Below, in pieces: positions 54,243 to 63,472 of a stretch of 64,000 bases of DNA (position 1 is the stretch's first letter; the number at the start of each line of letters is the position of its first letter). The notes under the pieces are model-generated. The model made no database searches and was not told the origin of the DNA. It worked only from the letters and a program-made list of their open reading frames with translations. This stretch comes from an uncultured virus (IMG/VR IMGVR_UViG_3300037418_001250) (lineage: Duplodnaviria > Heunggongvirae > Uroviricota > Caudoviricetes): IMG/VR virus record IMGVR_UViG_3300037418_001250; one strand, given 5' to 3'. Made by a program: the position numbers and the translations under genes.

Positions 54243-54974
54243 ATGGCACCCGAACAGTTAAGCCCCGAAAAAGCACGGGCGAAACTCAACGCTCGCATGA
54301 AGCGGGACATGAAGCGTCCCGATTTGACGCAGGCGATGGCGCAGGAATACGCCAGCTTCAAATCGTGGATGAACAACGTCCGCGACATGGTGAAGGTTTC
54401 GAAGAAGAAGCCGAAGCCGCCGAAGCCCGAAACCGCAGCGGAGCGGCGGGCGCCGATGCTCAGGGCCAACGCCCGCGCCGCCGCTGAACTCGCCGGTCAG
54501 AACAAGCACTTGGTCAGCGTCGATCAGAACTATATCGACCTGCCGATGGTCGCCTTGAGCAAGGCGACGCCGAACCACGAAAAGCTCGCCTTCAATTGGC
54601 ACCTGCAGGGCTTCATCGTGACGCTCGGCGCTGCCAGCCGATCACAACTCGGCGGCCGTGGCGCGCAAGTCCTCAATCTGACGGATGAGCAGCGCGGCCA
54701 CCTCGTCGCGATGTTCAACTACGTCAGCCAGAAACTCCCGCCCGAAGAACGGCAACTCTCCGACGTGTTGATCGAGCAGCACTTGATGCTGACCGAACGG
54801 CCGATGACATACGACGAGTTCGGCCAGCTCTTGACGAGCGCCAACGACGAGCGGGTGAGGAAAGGCGGCTTCATCGGCGCCTGCCGCATGGTCTTCGCCG
54901 CCGTCCGTCACTACCAGCGCGAGTACCACATCGAGCAGGCGACGAAACGAATTGCAGCCAGGGGGCGGCAATGA
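54243..54974 (+). CDS. hypothetical protein (possible late regulator)
   Basis: Helical; position at end of replication operon; function inferred only. Confidence 0.55.
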   Translation: MAPEQLSPEKARAKLNARMKRDMKRPDLTQAMAQEYASFKSWMNNVRDMVKVSKKKPKPPKPETAAERRAPMLRANARAAAELAGQNKHLVSVDQNYIDLPMVALSKATPNHEKLAFNWHLQGFIVTLGAASRSQLGGRGAQVLNLTDEQRGHLVAMFNYVSQKLPPEERQLSDVLIEQHLMLTERPMTYDEFGQLLTSANDERVRKGGFIGACRMVFAAVRHYQREYHIEQATKRIAARGRQ

Positions 54975-55153
54975 GCTGGGGTGAATTGCAAAAAGCCAAC
55001 GGCCGCGTCGCGTGCCGCTGCCGGTCGTGCGGCCGAGAGATCGTCGTCGAGCCGAAGAAGATTTTGTCGATCAGTGGCGAGGCGTCGCTTTCCGAAGCGC
55101 TCGCGCTTTTGACGTGCCGCGTTTGCGGCACCCGGACGATAGAGGCGAAGTGA
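54971..55153 (+). CDS. zinc-ribbon protein
   Basis: CRSC...CRVC. Confidence 0.65.
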   Translation: MSWGELQKANGRVACRCRSCGREIVVEPKKILSISGEASLSEALALLTCRVCGTRTIEAK

Positions 55154-55154
55154 C

Positions 55155-55523
55155 ATGGGCGGAGAAAGACAGCGGCTGCCGGATCGGCGCGGCGGCGAAG
55201 TTTTGGAGGTCTACGCCGGAACGGCGGAAATCGGCATCAGCAAATGGATCGTCACGGTCGGCCGCCGTGGCAGGCTCGGGCTCGGGGAGGTCGCGGAAGT
55301 GTTTATCGCCTCCGGCAAGTCCGGCACCGACGTCAACATCATGGCCTTGGAGCTTGGCATTCTCGCCTCGCTCTGCCTGCAACACGGCGTCACCGCCGAG
55401 ACCATCCGGCACGCCATGCCGCGCGATGACCAAGGCCGGCCGCAAGGCGTCATCGGCGAGCTGTTCGACGAATTGCAACGAGGCGAGAGGCGGAATTTCA
55501 AAGGGGTGGAGCAAACTGCATGA
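55155..55523 (+). CDS. stand-alone TSCPD (class II RNR C-terminal-like) domain
   Basis: R.RLP.RR...VTVG...EVFI..GK.G.......S..LQHGV. Confidence 0.7.
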   Translation: MGGERQRLPDRRGGEVLEVYAGTAEIGISKWIVTVGRRGRLGLGEVAEVFIASGKSGTDVNIMALELGILASLCLQHGVTAETIRHAMPRDDQGRPQGVIGELFDELQRGERRNFKGVEQTA

Positions 55524-55789
55524 AACGGGAAAACATCAAGGGTCTCGTCGATGAACGGCTGGCGGCCATCGGCTGCCCGTTGAGCAACCGCAACGTCAAG
55601 ATCGTGCCGTCGCGGACCCGCATCGAGGTCGCCGTCGGTGATCGGCGGATGGTCATGGAGTTCAATTCGGGCCTCCCCGAGTGCGAGGTCAGATCGAAGA
55701 TCGCCGACTTCGAGCGCCGGTACTTGGACTGCAAAAATCAGGTCGACCTCGAAGAGGCGATCGGCGACGTACTGGCGGCGGGGGAGTGA
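55520..55789 (+). CDS. hypothetical protein
   Basis: ATGA coupling; QVDLEEAI motif. Confidence 0.55.
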   Translation: MKRENIKGLVDERLAAIGCPLSNRNVKIVPSRTRIEVAVGDRRMVMEFNSGLPECEVRSKIADFERRYLDCKNQVDLEEAIGDVLAAGE

Positions 55790-55794
55790 GGGCG

Positions 55795-56214
55795 ATGTGG
55801 CTTCAATTCATCGGCGTGCAGTGCTGCAATTGCGGCATACACTTTGGCCTTGAGAGCAGCCATCACGCGCTGCTCAAGCGGGACGGCGAGTGGTTTCATT
55901 GTCCGAACGGCCACAAGCAGCGCTATAGCGGCAATACCGAAAAGGAACAGTTGCGCCGCGAGCGCGACCAGCTCAGGCAGCGGCTTGCTCAGGTGGATGA
56001 TCGCAATCGCGAGCTTCGCGATGCACGCGACGCCGCCGAGCGCCGCGTTGCGGCCGCCAAGGGGCAGATCACAAAACTCAAGAAGCGCGCCTCGGCCGGC
56101 ACCTGCCCGTGCTGCAACCGGACGTTCCAGCAGCTCGCCGCGCACATGAAGCAGAAGCATCCCGATTTCGGCCCCAAGGTTGTCGATTTGGATGCGGCCA
56201 GGGGGAGAGCGTAA
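55795..56214 (+). CDS. zinc-finger/coiled-coil protein
   Basis: CCNCG...CPNGH...CPCCNRTF..L..H....H. Confidence 0.75.
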   Translation: MWLQFIGVQCCNCGIHFGLESSHHALLKRDGEWFHCPNGHKQRYSGNTEKEQLRRERDQLRQRLAQVDDRNRELRDARDAAERRVAAAKGQITKLKKRASAGTCPCCNRTFQQLAAHMKQKHPDFGPKVVDLDAARGRA

Positions 56215-56218
56215 GACG

Positions 56219-56623
56219 ATGGACGGTTTTGCAGATCAGCTCGACGTCTTCCGCCGCCACATGACGGAGGACGCCCACTACCAGCTCGCGCAATTGCAGC
56301 AGCTCGACGCCGCTCTGAGCGAAGTCGATCAGCAGCTTTTGGATTATCTCAACGGCATGTTCCGCCGTCACGGCGAACGCCGCAGCGGCCTTATCATGCG
56401 GCTCGTCGAAGAGGCGCGGCGGTATGAGCTTCCGAGCTATCCTGAGAAACAAGGCGAAGAACGCCCAGGCGTGGCTCAGGGCGGCAATCTTGCGCGGCCG
56501 CGGTTTCTGGGAGGGGGAGAAATGCAGGAGGCGCCAGCGGCCCAGGACGGGGCGGCTGACGCGCCTGAGAATTGGGAAGGGTATCGCGGCCCCTACGAGG
56601 GCTGGCGGGTGCCGCATCAATAA
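56219..56623 (+). CDS. hypothetical protein
   Basis: GGGAG SD. Confidence 0.55.
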   Translation: MDGFADQLDVFRRHMTEDAHYQLAQLQQLDAALSEVDQQLLDYLNGMFRRHGERRSGLIMRLVEEARRYELPSYPEKQGEERPGVAQGGNLARPRFLGGGEMQEAPAAQDGAADAPENWEGYRGPYEGWRVPHQ

Positions 56624-56666
56624 AAATAGGGCGGCTTCCTGACCCGAATCAGAAAGCCGCCCCTTT
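56622..56666. terminator. bidirectional terminator
   Basis: GGGCGGCTT/AAGCCGCCC stem with A-tract before and TTT after, at gene convergence. Confidence 0.7.
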
Positions 56667-56700
56667 GAACATCACAGCGGCCGGACTGGAGAGAACGGCG

Positions 56701-56916
56701 TCAGTGACGTTGCTCCTTATGTAGGGGCGTCCATAGCTCGTGTCCATCATCCATCGTCAGGACTTCCCAGGTTTTCCCGCCGCGGGTGACGTGCTGGACG
56801 GGCGGCCGCGAGCGCCACTCATCGAGCATTTTATCGCGCTGGCGAACCCGGATACTCGAGGCGATGGTCTGCGCGATGATCGCGATGAGAAAGACCGCCA
56901 GAGCTTCGCCGATCAT
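56701..56916 (-). CDS. small membrane-anchored protein
   Basis: N-terminal TM. Confidence 0.5.
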   Translation of the reverse strand: MIGEALAVFLIAIIAQTIASSIRVRQRDKMLDEWRSRPPVQHVTRGGKTWEVLTMDDGHELWTPLHKEQRH

Positions 56917-57224
56917 GGCTCGACCTTCTCCGAATATCGAGGGAGGAATCCCGCCATCAGCTTGCCGGTGCGGCGGTCGATGTGGCGCCGGATGCCGAAG
57001 ACGTCATGACTGAAATCGAAGTCGCCGGCATAGAGCAAGGCCCTGAGCGCCAAGGGGTTGCCGTTGCAGTGAACCGCCGTGATGTCCATCGCCAGCGAGA
57101 CGCCGTCGATGGTGACGTCGGCTTCCTTGGCGAGCTTCAAGCTGCGTCGCACGATCATCCGGATCAGGATGCGATCTTCCGGCGTGACGTCGAAATTGAC
57201 TTTGGCTTTCGCATTCATCTTCAT
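56913..57224 (-). CDS. phage hypothetical protein
   Basis: MDITAVH.NG.PL.L..LL.A.DF.F.HDV.GI.RH.DR.TG.L...F.PR. Confidence 0.75.
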   Translation of the reverse strand: MKMNAKAKVNFDVTPEDRILIRMIVRRSLKLAKEADVTIDGVSLAMDITAVHCNGNPLALRALLYAGDFDFSHDVFGIRRHIDRRTGKLMAGFLPRYSEKVEP

Positions 57225-57715
57225 CCGTACACCACGTCCTTCAAGGTTACGAGTTGCAGGAAGACGTCGGCGGTGATGGCGTCGTCGTTCTCGGCCATGA
57301 AGTCGCCGAAGTGGCGGGCGTGTTTTTCCGCCATGAGCTTGAGCCCGGCGTCGAGTTCGGCGCGGGTGACGCGGTGGCGCTTGAGGTTGTCTTCGCTCTT
57401 TTTCAGGTTGAAGTATTCCGCCTCATCTTCGATCTCGTAGACGTCGACGGCGAAGTCGGATGATGCCCAAAGCCGCGCATCGTTGTACCAGACAGTATTC
57501 GCCTCGAAGCCTTCCCAATCATCGTCGTCGATGCGCTGACCCTCGATGACGGCGTGACGGAAGCGGATGCCGCCGCACCACGATCGCGTCATGTGGTTGC
57601 ATTCGATGGCGTTGACGAAAAGATCGGCGATGCGTTCGGCCGGAATTTCGACCTTGGTGGCGATGATGAAGACGTCGGGTTTTTGTTCGGTACTTTCGAT
57701 GGTTTCGGTCGTCAT
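57221..57715 (-). CDS. hypothetical protein
   Basis: Start-associated repeat; DA..AD...Q.....DVVYG. Confidence 0.7.
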   Translation of the reverse strand: MTTETIESTEQKPDVFIIATKVEIPAERIADLFVNAIECNHMTRSWCGGIRFRHAVIEGQRIDDDDWEGFEANTVWYNDARLWASSDFAVDVYEIEDEAEYFNLKKSEDNLKRHRVTRAELDAGLKLMAEKHARHFGDFMAENDDAITADVFLQLVTLKDVVYG

Positions 57716-57735
57716 GGCTTTCTCCAGTCTCAGGG

Positions 57736-58005
57736 TTAGAATTTCTCGCGCGCAATGCACTCGCAGAGGTCGATGGCGAACTGCATCATGTCGTTGTCCC
57801 GCATAATCCGGGCCTCAAGCACGATGGCTGAGACGACGAAGCCCTTTGCGGTTGAGAGCTTTTTCGCGATAAGGCGGCGCTCGTACTGGTTTCCCTGCAC
57901 CCACTTGTTCAGCCAGTAGCGGGCGCGCGTTTCTCGCCGTTCGAGCCGCTTTTGCCGTTGGCTCGGCGGCTCCGCCGTAATGTTTTCGGCCAGAAGGGAG
58001 GTCAT
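57736..58005 (-). CDS. hypothetical protein
   Basis: GAGGA SD; fills gap. Confidence 0.55.
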   Translation of the reverse strand: MTSLLAENITAEPPSQRQKRLERRETRARYWLNKWVQGNQYERRLIAKKLSTAKGFVVSAIVLEARIMRDNDMMQFAIDLCECIAREKF

Positions 58006-58008
58006 GGC

Positions 58009-58416
58009 TCAGTATTCCTCCGCCAGCATGATCGTCAGCACGCGGGTTGTTTGCTTCGGGTCGGCTGGATCGTTGCCGCCGAACTCGAGTTTTTTGTCGT
58101 AGTAATCTATTCGCCAATAATAGCGGCCATCTTCAAAGTCGAAGGCCCCAAACTCTGCTTCGAAATACGGGTCGTTGTCGGCCGTGAACTCCTTGTAGTT
58201 ACGGACCCTCCTTACGATCTCATGGCGCTTCCCGAACGGAAGAGTTGAGACGCCGTGACTGAATACAATGCGACCTCCGATTAACGTCTCGCGAAAGCGG
58301 TTGTTGAGGGCGCGGATTTTCTTGGTTCGCGCGTCGGCAAATTCCTTGACGTTTTGCGCGTGCCGTTCGACCAAATAGGCTTGCTCGGCGGGGCCGCGAT
58401 CTTCGTGGGGCTGCAT
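58009..58416 (-). CDS. DUF3768-like protein
   Basis: IR.LN..FR...F..DNDPY.E..FG...W.IDYYD...DP.DP..T.RVLTIMLA.EY. Confidence 0.85.
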   Translation of the reverse strand: MQPHEDRGPAEQAYLVERHAQNVKEFADARTKKIRALNNRFRETLIGGRIVFSHGVSTLPFGKRHEIVRRVRNYKEFTADNDPYFEAEFGAFDFEDGRYYWRIDYYDKKLEFGGNDPADPKQTTRVLTIMLAEEY

Positions 58417-58442
58417 GATGGTCTCCAGTCTCGGGTTGCGGG

Positions 58443-58637
58443 TTAGAATTTGAAATCTTTGAGCCAGGACGGCCCAAAGTCATTTCGGAGCTGCCGCACG
58501 GCTGGGATATGTTCAGGGCGGAAGTCTGCCGCGCCGCCCTCCCAAACTCGGCGCATGTGCGTCTTCCACCGACGGCCGTAGCGGTCGACAAATGCGCCGA
58601 TTGCGAGGATTTGTTCGTCGGTAAGTTTGCGTTCCAT
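58443..58637 (-). CDS. hypothetical protein
   Basis: GRRWK..M...W..G...LRN.FGP.WL. Confidence 0.6.
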   Translation of the reverse strand: MERKLTDEQILAIGAFVDRYGRRWKTHMRRVWEGGAADFRPEHIPAVRQLRNDFGPSWLKDFKF

Positions 58638-58639
58638 GC

Positions 58640-58990
58640 TCACGCGCGCTCCCTGGCCTGACGTTTCTCGATCTTGTCGACGGCGCGAAAGATTTCTTCT
58701 TGCGATAGCCTCCAGCCGCGCTCCTGCGGCAGCCGCGCGACGACGACCCACTTGAATTGCTGGTAGAGCCGGAGCGCCACGTCCTTGTCGCCGTAGGCGT
58801 CAGCGAGCAGCGCGAGGCTGAGCTGCGCTGGGCCGCTTCCGCCGTAGCCCCAATTGAAACCGTCGGGCGAATGGTTGACGAGGTCGCTGCGCGGGTTGAG
58901 CGGATAGAAGCGTCCCGTTGGCAGGTGGACGGAAACGTCCCGCCGTCCGAACGGGGTTTCGCCGCGGTAGGTTTTGAGCGCCTGGATCAT
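58640..58990 (-). CDS. DUF6166-like protein
   Basis: NHSPDGFNWGYGGSGPAQL.LALLAD...YQ.FK. Confidence 0.75.
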   Translation of the reverse strand: MIQALKTYRGETPFGRRDVSVHLPTGRFYPLNPRSDLVNHSPDGFNWGYGGSGPAQLSLALLADAYGDKDVALRLYQQFKWVVVARLPQERGWRLSQEEIFRAVDKIEKRQARERA

Positions 58991-60474
58991 TCTGCGGCCT
59001 CCTTGACGTCGGCGGCAGCGCGCTTTTTGAGCGCGTCGAGCTTGCTGGTGAGGTCTGGATGCACGTCGAGCTTTTCCTGCCCGCGCGTCGCCGCGACGTA
59101 GAACAGCATCAGCTCATCTGTCGGGATCGGCTTCTCGCCTTTCTCGGGGTCTTCCTTTTTCGAGACGCCGATCAGGAAGTCTTCGCAAAGCTTGACCTCG
59201 CCCCACTCGCGGCCCTTCGACTTGTGCCCTGTAGAAAGCACGACGTCGGCTTTCTTCTCGTCTTTGGGCAGGCCCTCGAAGGCATCCTTCAAGGCGTCGA
59301 CGCCGTATTTCTCGACGAGGTTGACCCAGCCCGAAAGCTCCCGGTTGTCTTCGTCCTGCGCGGCGATCCTGACCTCGGCCCAATTTTTGTAGCCGAAGAA
59401 CATCAGCGGATTGTCGACGGTCATGCCCGCCTGCAGCTTTTCGGTGGCGTCCAGGAGCGTCAGCATTTCGGCAACGCCACCGACGATGAACGGCCGCTTG
59501 CCGGCTTCGAGCTGGCCGACAAGCTCTTCGATCAGCCGGGCGTTGGTGCGGGCGAGGATCGCCCGCGGGTTTGCGATGATCTCCAGACTATCTGTCTTCT
59601 CCGGGTTGCCGGTCAGCGGCAGAGTTTCGCCGAGCATCGCAAGAATGCCGGTCGCGAAGCCCGCGATATTCGGGCCGAAGCGGAATGAGGTCGACAGCCG
59701 CCGTTCGATCTCGGTCGGCAATTCGACCATCGCGTTCATCGCCCCGCGCCACCTGTAGATCGATTGCCACTTGTCGCCGACGGTGATGAGTTGCGCCCCT
59801 TGGTGCCGCATCAATTCCATGACGACGCCGTTGGTGTCCTGCGCCTCATCGAGCAGGATGAAGTCGCCGTCGATTTGCGGCTTTTCCATCGCCCACATTT
59901 TGAGATAGCCGTCGTGCGTCATCGGCAGCTTCGACGCCGGGTCGATCATTTGCGCCCAGAGCTGTTCGCCGTTGCGGACGATGTCTTTCCTGAGCCCGAG
60001 CAGCAGGGGCGCCGCGAGCTTCGTCAGCTTGCCTTCGATGTGGCAGTGACGGAGCGTGATCTGATCGTCGCCGGAGCGCATGAACTTCTGCACCGCTTCG
60101 AGCACGAGGCGGCCGTAGCTCCGTTCGGAAATGAAGAGGTCGTCGCCGTAGTCGCGCTTCCTGTAGCCGAGCTTCATCGCAATGAAGCCGCCGTTGAGGT
60201 TGCCGGTCATCTTGTCCATGCCGAAGCCGCGCTTGATGATCGAGCGGAAGGCGAGCGAGTGCATGGTCGAGCAATTGATCGTTCGCGGGAATTTCGACTT
60301 GGCTTCTTCCGCGATCGATTTGTTGAAGGCGACGTAGGTGCCGCGCCGGTCGGTGGCGTTGGCGAGAAGCTTCAAGGTCGACGTCTTACCGGTTCCGGCA
60401 TAGGCGTTAATGCGCAACTTCTTTCCGGTTTGGAAAGCTTCAACGCAAGCGGATTGCTGTGGTGTCGGCTGCAT
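58987..60474 (-). CDS. UvrD-like superfamily 1 helicase
   Basis: AYAGTGKT, LDEAQD, VGD..QSIY.WRGA, SFRFG, H.SKG.EW, YVAATR. Confidence 0.92.
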   Translation of the reverse strand: MQPTPQQSACVEAFQTGKKLRINAYAGTGKTSTLKLLANATDRRGTYVAFNKSIAEEAKSKFPRTINCSTMHSLAFRSIIKRGFGMDKMTGNLNGGFIAMKLGYRKRDYGDDLFISERSYGRLVLEAVQKFMRSGDDQITLRHCHIEGKLTKLAAPLLLGLRKDIVRNGEQLWAQMIDPASKLPMTHDGYLKMWAMEKPQIDGDFILLDEAQDTNGVVMELMRHQGAQLITVGDKWQSIYRWRGAMNAMVELPTEIERRLSTSFRFGPNIAGFATGILAMLGETLPLTGNPEKTDSLEIIANPRAILARTNARLIEELVGQLEAGKRPFIVGGVAEMLTLLDATEKLQAGMTVDNPLMFFGYKNWAEVRIAAQDEDNRELSGWVNLVEKYGVDALKDAFEGLPKDEKKADVVLSTGHKSKGREWGEVKLCEDFLIGVSKKEDPEKGEKPIPTDELMLFYVAATRGQEKLDVHPDLTSKLDALKKRAAADVKEAAE

Positions 60475-60525
60475 GGCTCGGTGGCCCCTCTGTTTAGGTT
60501 GAAGACGTGAGCGTTAGCTTGTCCA

Positions 60526-60729
60526 TTACGCATCCTCGCGCATCGACAGGCCTGCTTCCAAAATGCCGACGACGATCGGATCGAGGTAACGCGGCTCGAT
60601 GGCGACGGCGCCGCCGATCCACATGACGTCGGGCGGCAAGTTCTCGTGGACCCAATCGATCGCGTCCGCCGTCAATGGCGCGAGCGTGACGATGGAGCCG
60701 TGGTAGGTGGCTTCGAAGTCTTTCGGCAT
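60526..60729 (-). CDS. hypothetical protein
   Basis: HGSI..L.PL...A..W..EN...IEPRY. Confidence 0.65.
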   Translation of the reverse strand: MPKDFEATYHGSIVTLAPLTADAIDWVHENLPPDVMWIGGAVAIEPRYLDPIVVGILEAGLSMREDA

Positions 60730-60732
60730 CGC

Positions 60733-61050
60733 TCAGCCCTCCCGTTTCATGGCGGCGAGAGCTTCGGCGGAGCCGCGCGGGTAAAGGCCGCCCTTGTCCA
60801 TCCAGGTGCGAACTTTATCGGGTGAGCCCCAGCACTCGGACGGCGCATGGCGGTAGAGAAACTTCACGTAGTCGACGATATGGTTGATGTTGGTGTCGTC
60901 GGCGTTCTGGCAGGACCGCTTGAGATCGTTTTCGAGGACTGCACTCAGGAACGAACCGACCGAGCGTCCAAGCTCAATGTAGCGGCGAAGTCCGGCGCGG
61001 CAGTGCTCGGGAATGAGTGACCAATCGGCGGTTTCAAAATCGTAAGGCAT
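60733..61050 (-). CDS. phage hypothetical protein
   Basis: RYI..G...G.FL.AVL.NDL...AD..N...P..CWGS...V..W. Confidence 0.75.
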   Translation of the reverse strand: MPYDFETADWSLIPEHCRAGLRRYIELGRSVGSFLSAVLENDLKRSCQNADDTNINHIVDYVKFLYRHAPSECWGSPDKVRTWMDKGGLYPRGSAEALAAMKREG

Positions 61051-61083
61051 TGTGAGGTCTCCAGTCTCGTTTCGGGTTGAAGA

Positions 61084-61986
61084 TCAGGCGGCAAGGTCGA
61101 AGAGGTCGGCGAGCGTCGCTTGCTCGCGTGGCACCTTCGGCATTTTGTTGGGACGCGCGAACGCTGGCGGCGGAATGTTGCAGCCGAGCACGGCGGCGCT
61201 GTCGATCGCGGCCTTGATGGCCTTGTTCTGCAGCCGCGCGAGCCGCTTGGCGCGCTTTTCATCGAAGGCGCCGGAGGCCCAGAAAAGCGGCTGGCCGCCT
61301 TCGTTCCAGACGCGGCCGAAGCTCTCGACTTTGCACTTCGGCTCAATGAAGCCGTTGAAGTAGGTCAGGGCATCCTTGACGGTCTCGAAGCGGCAGCACC
61401 GCTTCTCGTTATCGACCTCGAAGGCATAGACGTGGCCGTCGATGCAATGGCGCACGTCGTATTTGTCGGAGCGGACCGAGGGGCGAAACTCGCGCCAGTT
61501 CCAGCGGTCGTTTTTGCGGATCGAGAGCGGAATGTCGATCTGGTTGGCGTAACGTGGTAATGCCCGCTTGGCGAGTTCGACGCCTTCGAGCCAATCCTGC
61601 CCGTCGCCGTCGCTCGATACCGAAAAGCCCTTGCCGTCGGCACTGATGCTTTCGAGATAGGCGAGGATCGCGACGACGGCGAGGTCGTAGGGTTTTTGCG
61701 CCGTCTTGCAGAAGGCCCAGCCGAGCCGGCCGGGCGTTTGGTAGTCTTCGAGGCGACGCACGCGCTCGATGTAGAAGGTCTCGTGCCCGTCGTCGCCGAT
61801 GCCGTTGAAGCGGATTTTGTCGCCGGTCACTTCCGGCTGCGTGCCAGCTTCGTCCCATTCGGCGGCGAGCGCGACGCCCTGGACGTGCTGCACGTCCTTG
61901 AGGATCAGGCGAACGTCGCGGCAGAGTTCATCCCATTCGTCGCCGGTGAAGTCCCGCAATTGCGTCCAGTAATGCGTATAGCCCAT
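61084..61986 (-). CDS. hypothetical protein
   Basis: MGYTHYW...FNG....HETF...FCKTA.KPYD..V...L...SSDG. Confidence 0.75.
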   Translation of the reverse strand: MGYTHYWTQLRDFTGDEWDELCRDVRLILKDVQHVQGVALAAEWDEAGTQPEVTGDKIRFNGIGDDGHETFYIERVRRLEDYQTPGRLGWAFCKTAQKPYDLAVVAILAYLESISADGKGFSVSSDGDGQDWLEGVELAKRALPRYANQIDIPLSIRKNDRWNWREFRPSVRSDKYDVRHCIDGHVYAFEVDNEKRCCRFETVKDALTYFNGFIEPKCKVESFGRVWNEGGQPLFWASGAFDEKRAKRLARLQNKAIKAAIDSAAVLGCNIPPPAFARPNKMPKVPREQATLADLFDLAA

Positions 61987-62084
61987 AATCGAGGTCTCCA
62001 GTCTCATCGGGTTGAAAGGTCCGGGGCATTCGCGCCCCGGCAGTTGACCGCCCGTCCTTTGCGTGTGGAGGAAGCGCGGCGGTA

Positions 62085-62130
62085 GTTTCGAAAAGCGAAA
62101 GTTCAAGTCTGAACTTTCTAAAACAGAAAG
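62085..62130. promoter_or_regulatory. tandem 17-bp operators
   Basis: GTTTCGAAAAGCGAAAG and CTTTCTAAAACAGAAAG, 29 bp apart. Confidence 0.7.
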
Positions 62131-62131
62131 G

Positions 62132-62335
62132 CTAGAGCGAAACAAAAACCGAGCGGATGCACTTGTGGAAATAGCCGCCGGCACTCTTGGCGCTCTTGAG
62201 CCCGCGAAAAACCTCTTCCGGGACGTCCTGGTAGGTCGTGGCGTGGCCCGAGTTGAAGGTGATCGTCAGATGTTTTTTCTTCGGGTCGTAGGTCGCATAC
62301 TTGAGCGCGGCGCTTTCAAATTCAGCGGTCAGCAT
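62132..62335 (-). CDS. KTSC domain protein
   Basis: S......YD.....L.I.F.SG...Y..VP......L..A.S.G.YF...IR. Confidence 0.85.
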   Translation of the reverse strand: MLTAEFESAALKYATYDPKKKHLTITFNSGHATTYQDVPEEVFRGLKSAKSAGGYFHKCIRSVFVSL

Positions 62336-62337
62336 GG

Positions 62338-62544
62338 TCAAAGCTCCATTTGTTGCCAGTGATCCCGCAGCACTTCGGCGTGCCAATACTGCGGGGTTTC
62401 TTCGATCAGCACGCCGGTCTCGGGTTCAAGCGGGTCGCGGACAAAGACGCCAAAATGCGTCGGCTCATTCCATTCGTTGCGGATAAGATCGATCCAGACG
62501 TCGACGCGACCGCGGCCGTCGGGGCCGAGGTAAATTCCCGGCAT
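62338..62544 (-). CDS. hypothetical protein
   Basis: TGATG coupling. Confidence 0.5.
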   Translation of the reverse strand: MPGIYLGPDGRGRVDVWIDLIRNEWNEPTHFGVFVRDPLEPETGVLIEETPQYWHAEVLRDHWQQMEL

Positions 62545-62843
62545 CAAAAGGCCCTTTCCAAATTGGAACGGCGCAAGGCATGAAGACGCTCGCGCGCCGT
62601 CATGGCGCAAAGCGCCTGATGGAACCGGGCGTTGGCCCAGGCGGCGATTTCGTTGGCGTCGCCCGCCTCCAGAGCGCGGCGGAAATTCTTGCGCCACATG
62701 CGGGAAAGTTCGAGTTCGGCGTGGTACTCATCGAGCAGGCGGCCGTAGGGCAACGGCGCGTTCGGCCAGTCGGCGGCAGAGACTTGCCAGCGGGAGGCGC
62801 GAAGCTCGGCGAACATCGCGCGGATGCGTTCGGAAATGGTCAT
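62544..62843 (-). CDS. hypothetical protein
   Basis: Start-associated repeat. Confidence 0.6.
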   Translation of the reverse strand: MTISERIRAMFAELRASRWQVSAADWPNAPLPYGRLLDEYHAELELSRMWRKNFRRALEAGDANEIAAWANARFHQALCAMTARERLHALRRSNLERAF

Positions 62844-62870
62844 CGGGTTCTCCAGTCTTCGGGTTTCGGG

Positions 62871-63386
62871 TTACTCGGGTAAAATTTCTTCCTCGTAGCA
62901 GCGCTGGCCGCGTGCGATCATCGCGTCGGCGTCGCCGTAGACGTCGCCCTTGCGGTCACAAAGGTGTTTGAGGTCTGCGATCAAATCGCTGATGGCATCT
63001 TCGGGGTCGGTGCCGGTTTCGTCCATGAAGGCTTGCAGCGCGACCTCCGCCCAAGAGGCGCGGTCGTCGTTCATGTTCTCAGGATCAGGCGGCAATTTTT
63101 TCGGCATGGTCGTTTCTCCAGTCTTCGGGTTAGTCGCGGTCGCGTTGCTGGCGCGGGCTTCGAGGACGCCGACAATGGCGGCACCCCTGAACCATGCAGG
63201 GAAGTCGTCACCCCACTTGCGCGCCGTTCTGAGATAGGCGCGGGCGGCGGTTTCAGATTTGAAGGGAAAGAAAAAATCGCGAGCTGCGGTTCGCGTTCTG
63301 AATTTGGCGGGCACGCCGCTCCAGCAAGAGCCGGTGCGGTCGATGATCGTGCCGTCGGTCAGACGAATTGCGAATTGAGCTTCCAT
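62871..63386 (-). CDS. hypothetical protein(s); strong internal start at 63107
   Basis: Start-associated repeat before ATG 63107; N..RA.WA..AL..F...G...DL.ADL.H.CD. Confidence 0.6.
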   Translation of the reverse strand: MEAQFAIRLTDGTIIDRTGSCWSGVPAKFRTRTAARDFFFPFKSETAARAYLRTARKWGDDFPAWFRGAAIVGVLEARASNATATNPKTGETTMPKKLPPDPENMNDDRASWAEVALQAFMDETGTDPEDAISDLIADLKHLCDRKGDVYGDADAMIARGQRCYEEEILPE

Positions 63387-63428
63387 GTGGCTGGTCTCCG
63401 GGTTGCGGGCTTTCCAGTGCCCCTATTG

Positions 63429-63472
63429 GTTTCTGATTTGGAAAGCATAAGGCAGGGCAGGAACCAATGCAA
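63429..63472 (-). promoter_or_regulatory. sigma70-type early promoter with overlapping 17-bp operator
   Basis: Minus strand TTGCAT-17 bp-TATGCT; operator GTTTCTGATTTGGAAAG 63429-63445. Confidence 0.7.

Noticed and set aside
56684..56692. GACTGGAGA on the + strand as another start-associated repeat
   Set aside because: No start codon or ORF follows and the AACCCG part is missing
57713..63410. CRISPR array or integron attC cassettes from the recurring intergenic repeat
   Set aside because: Repeats are short, degenerate, non-palindromic, separated by whole genes and contain the SD; no cas or integron-integrase features seen
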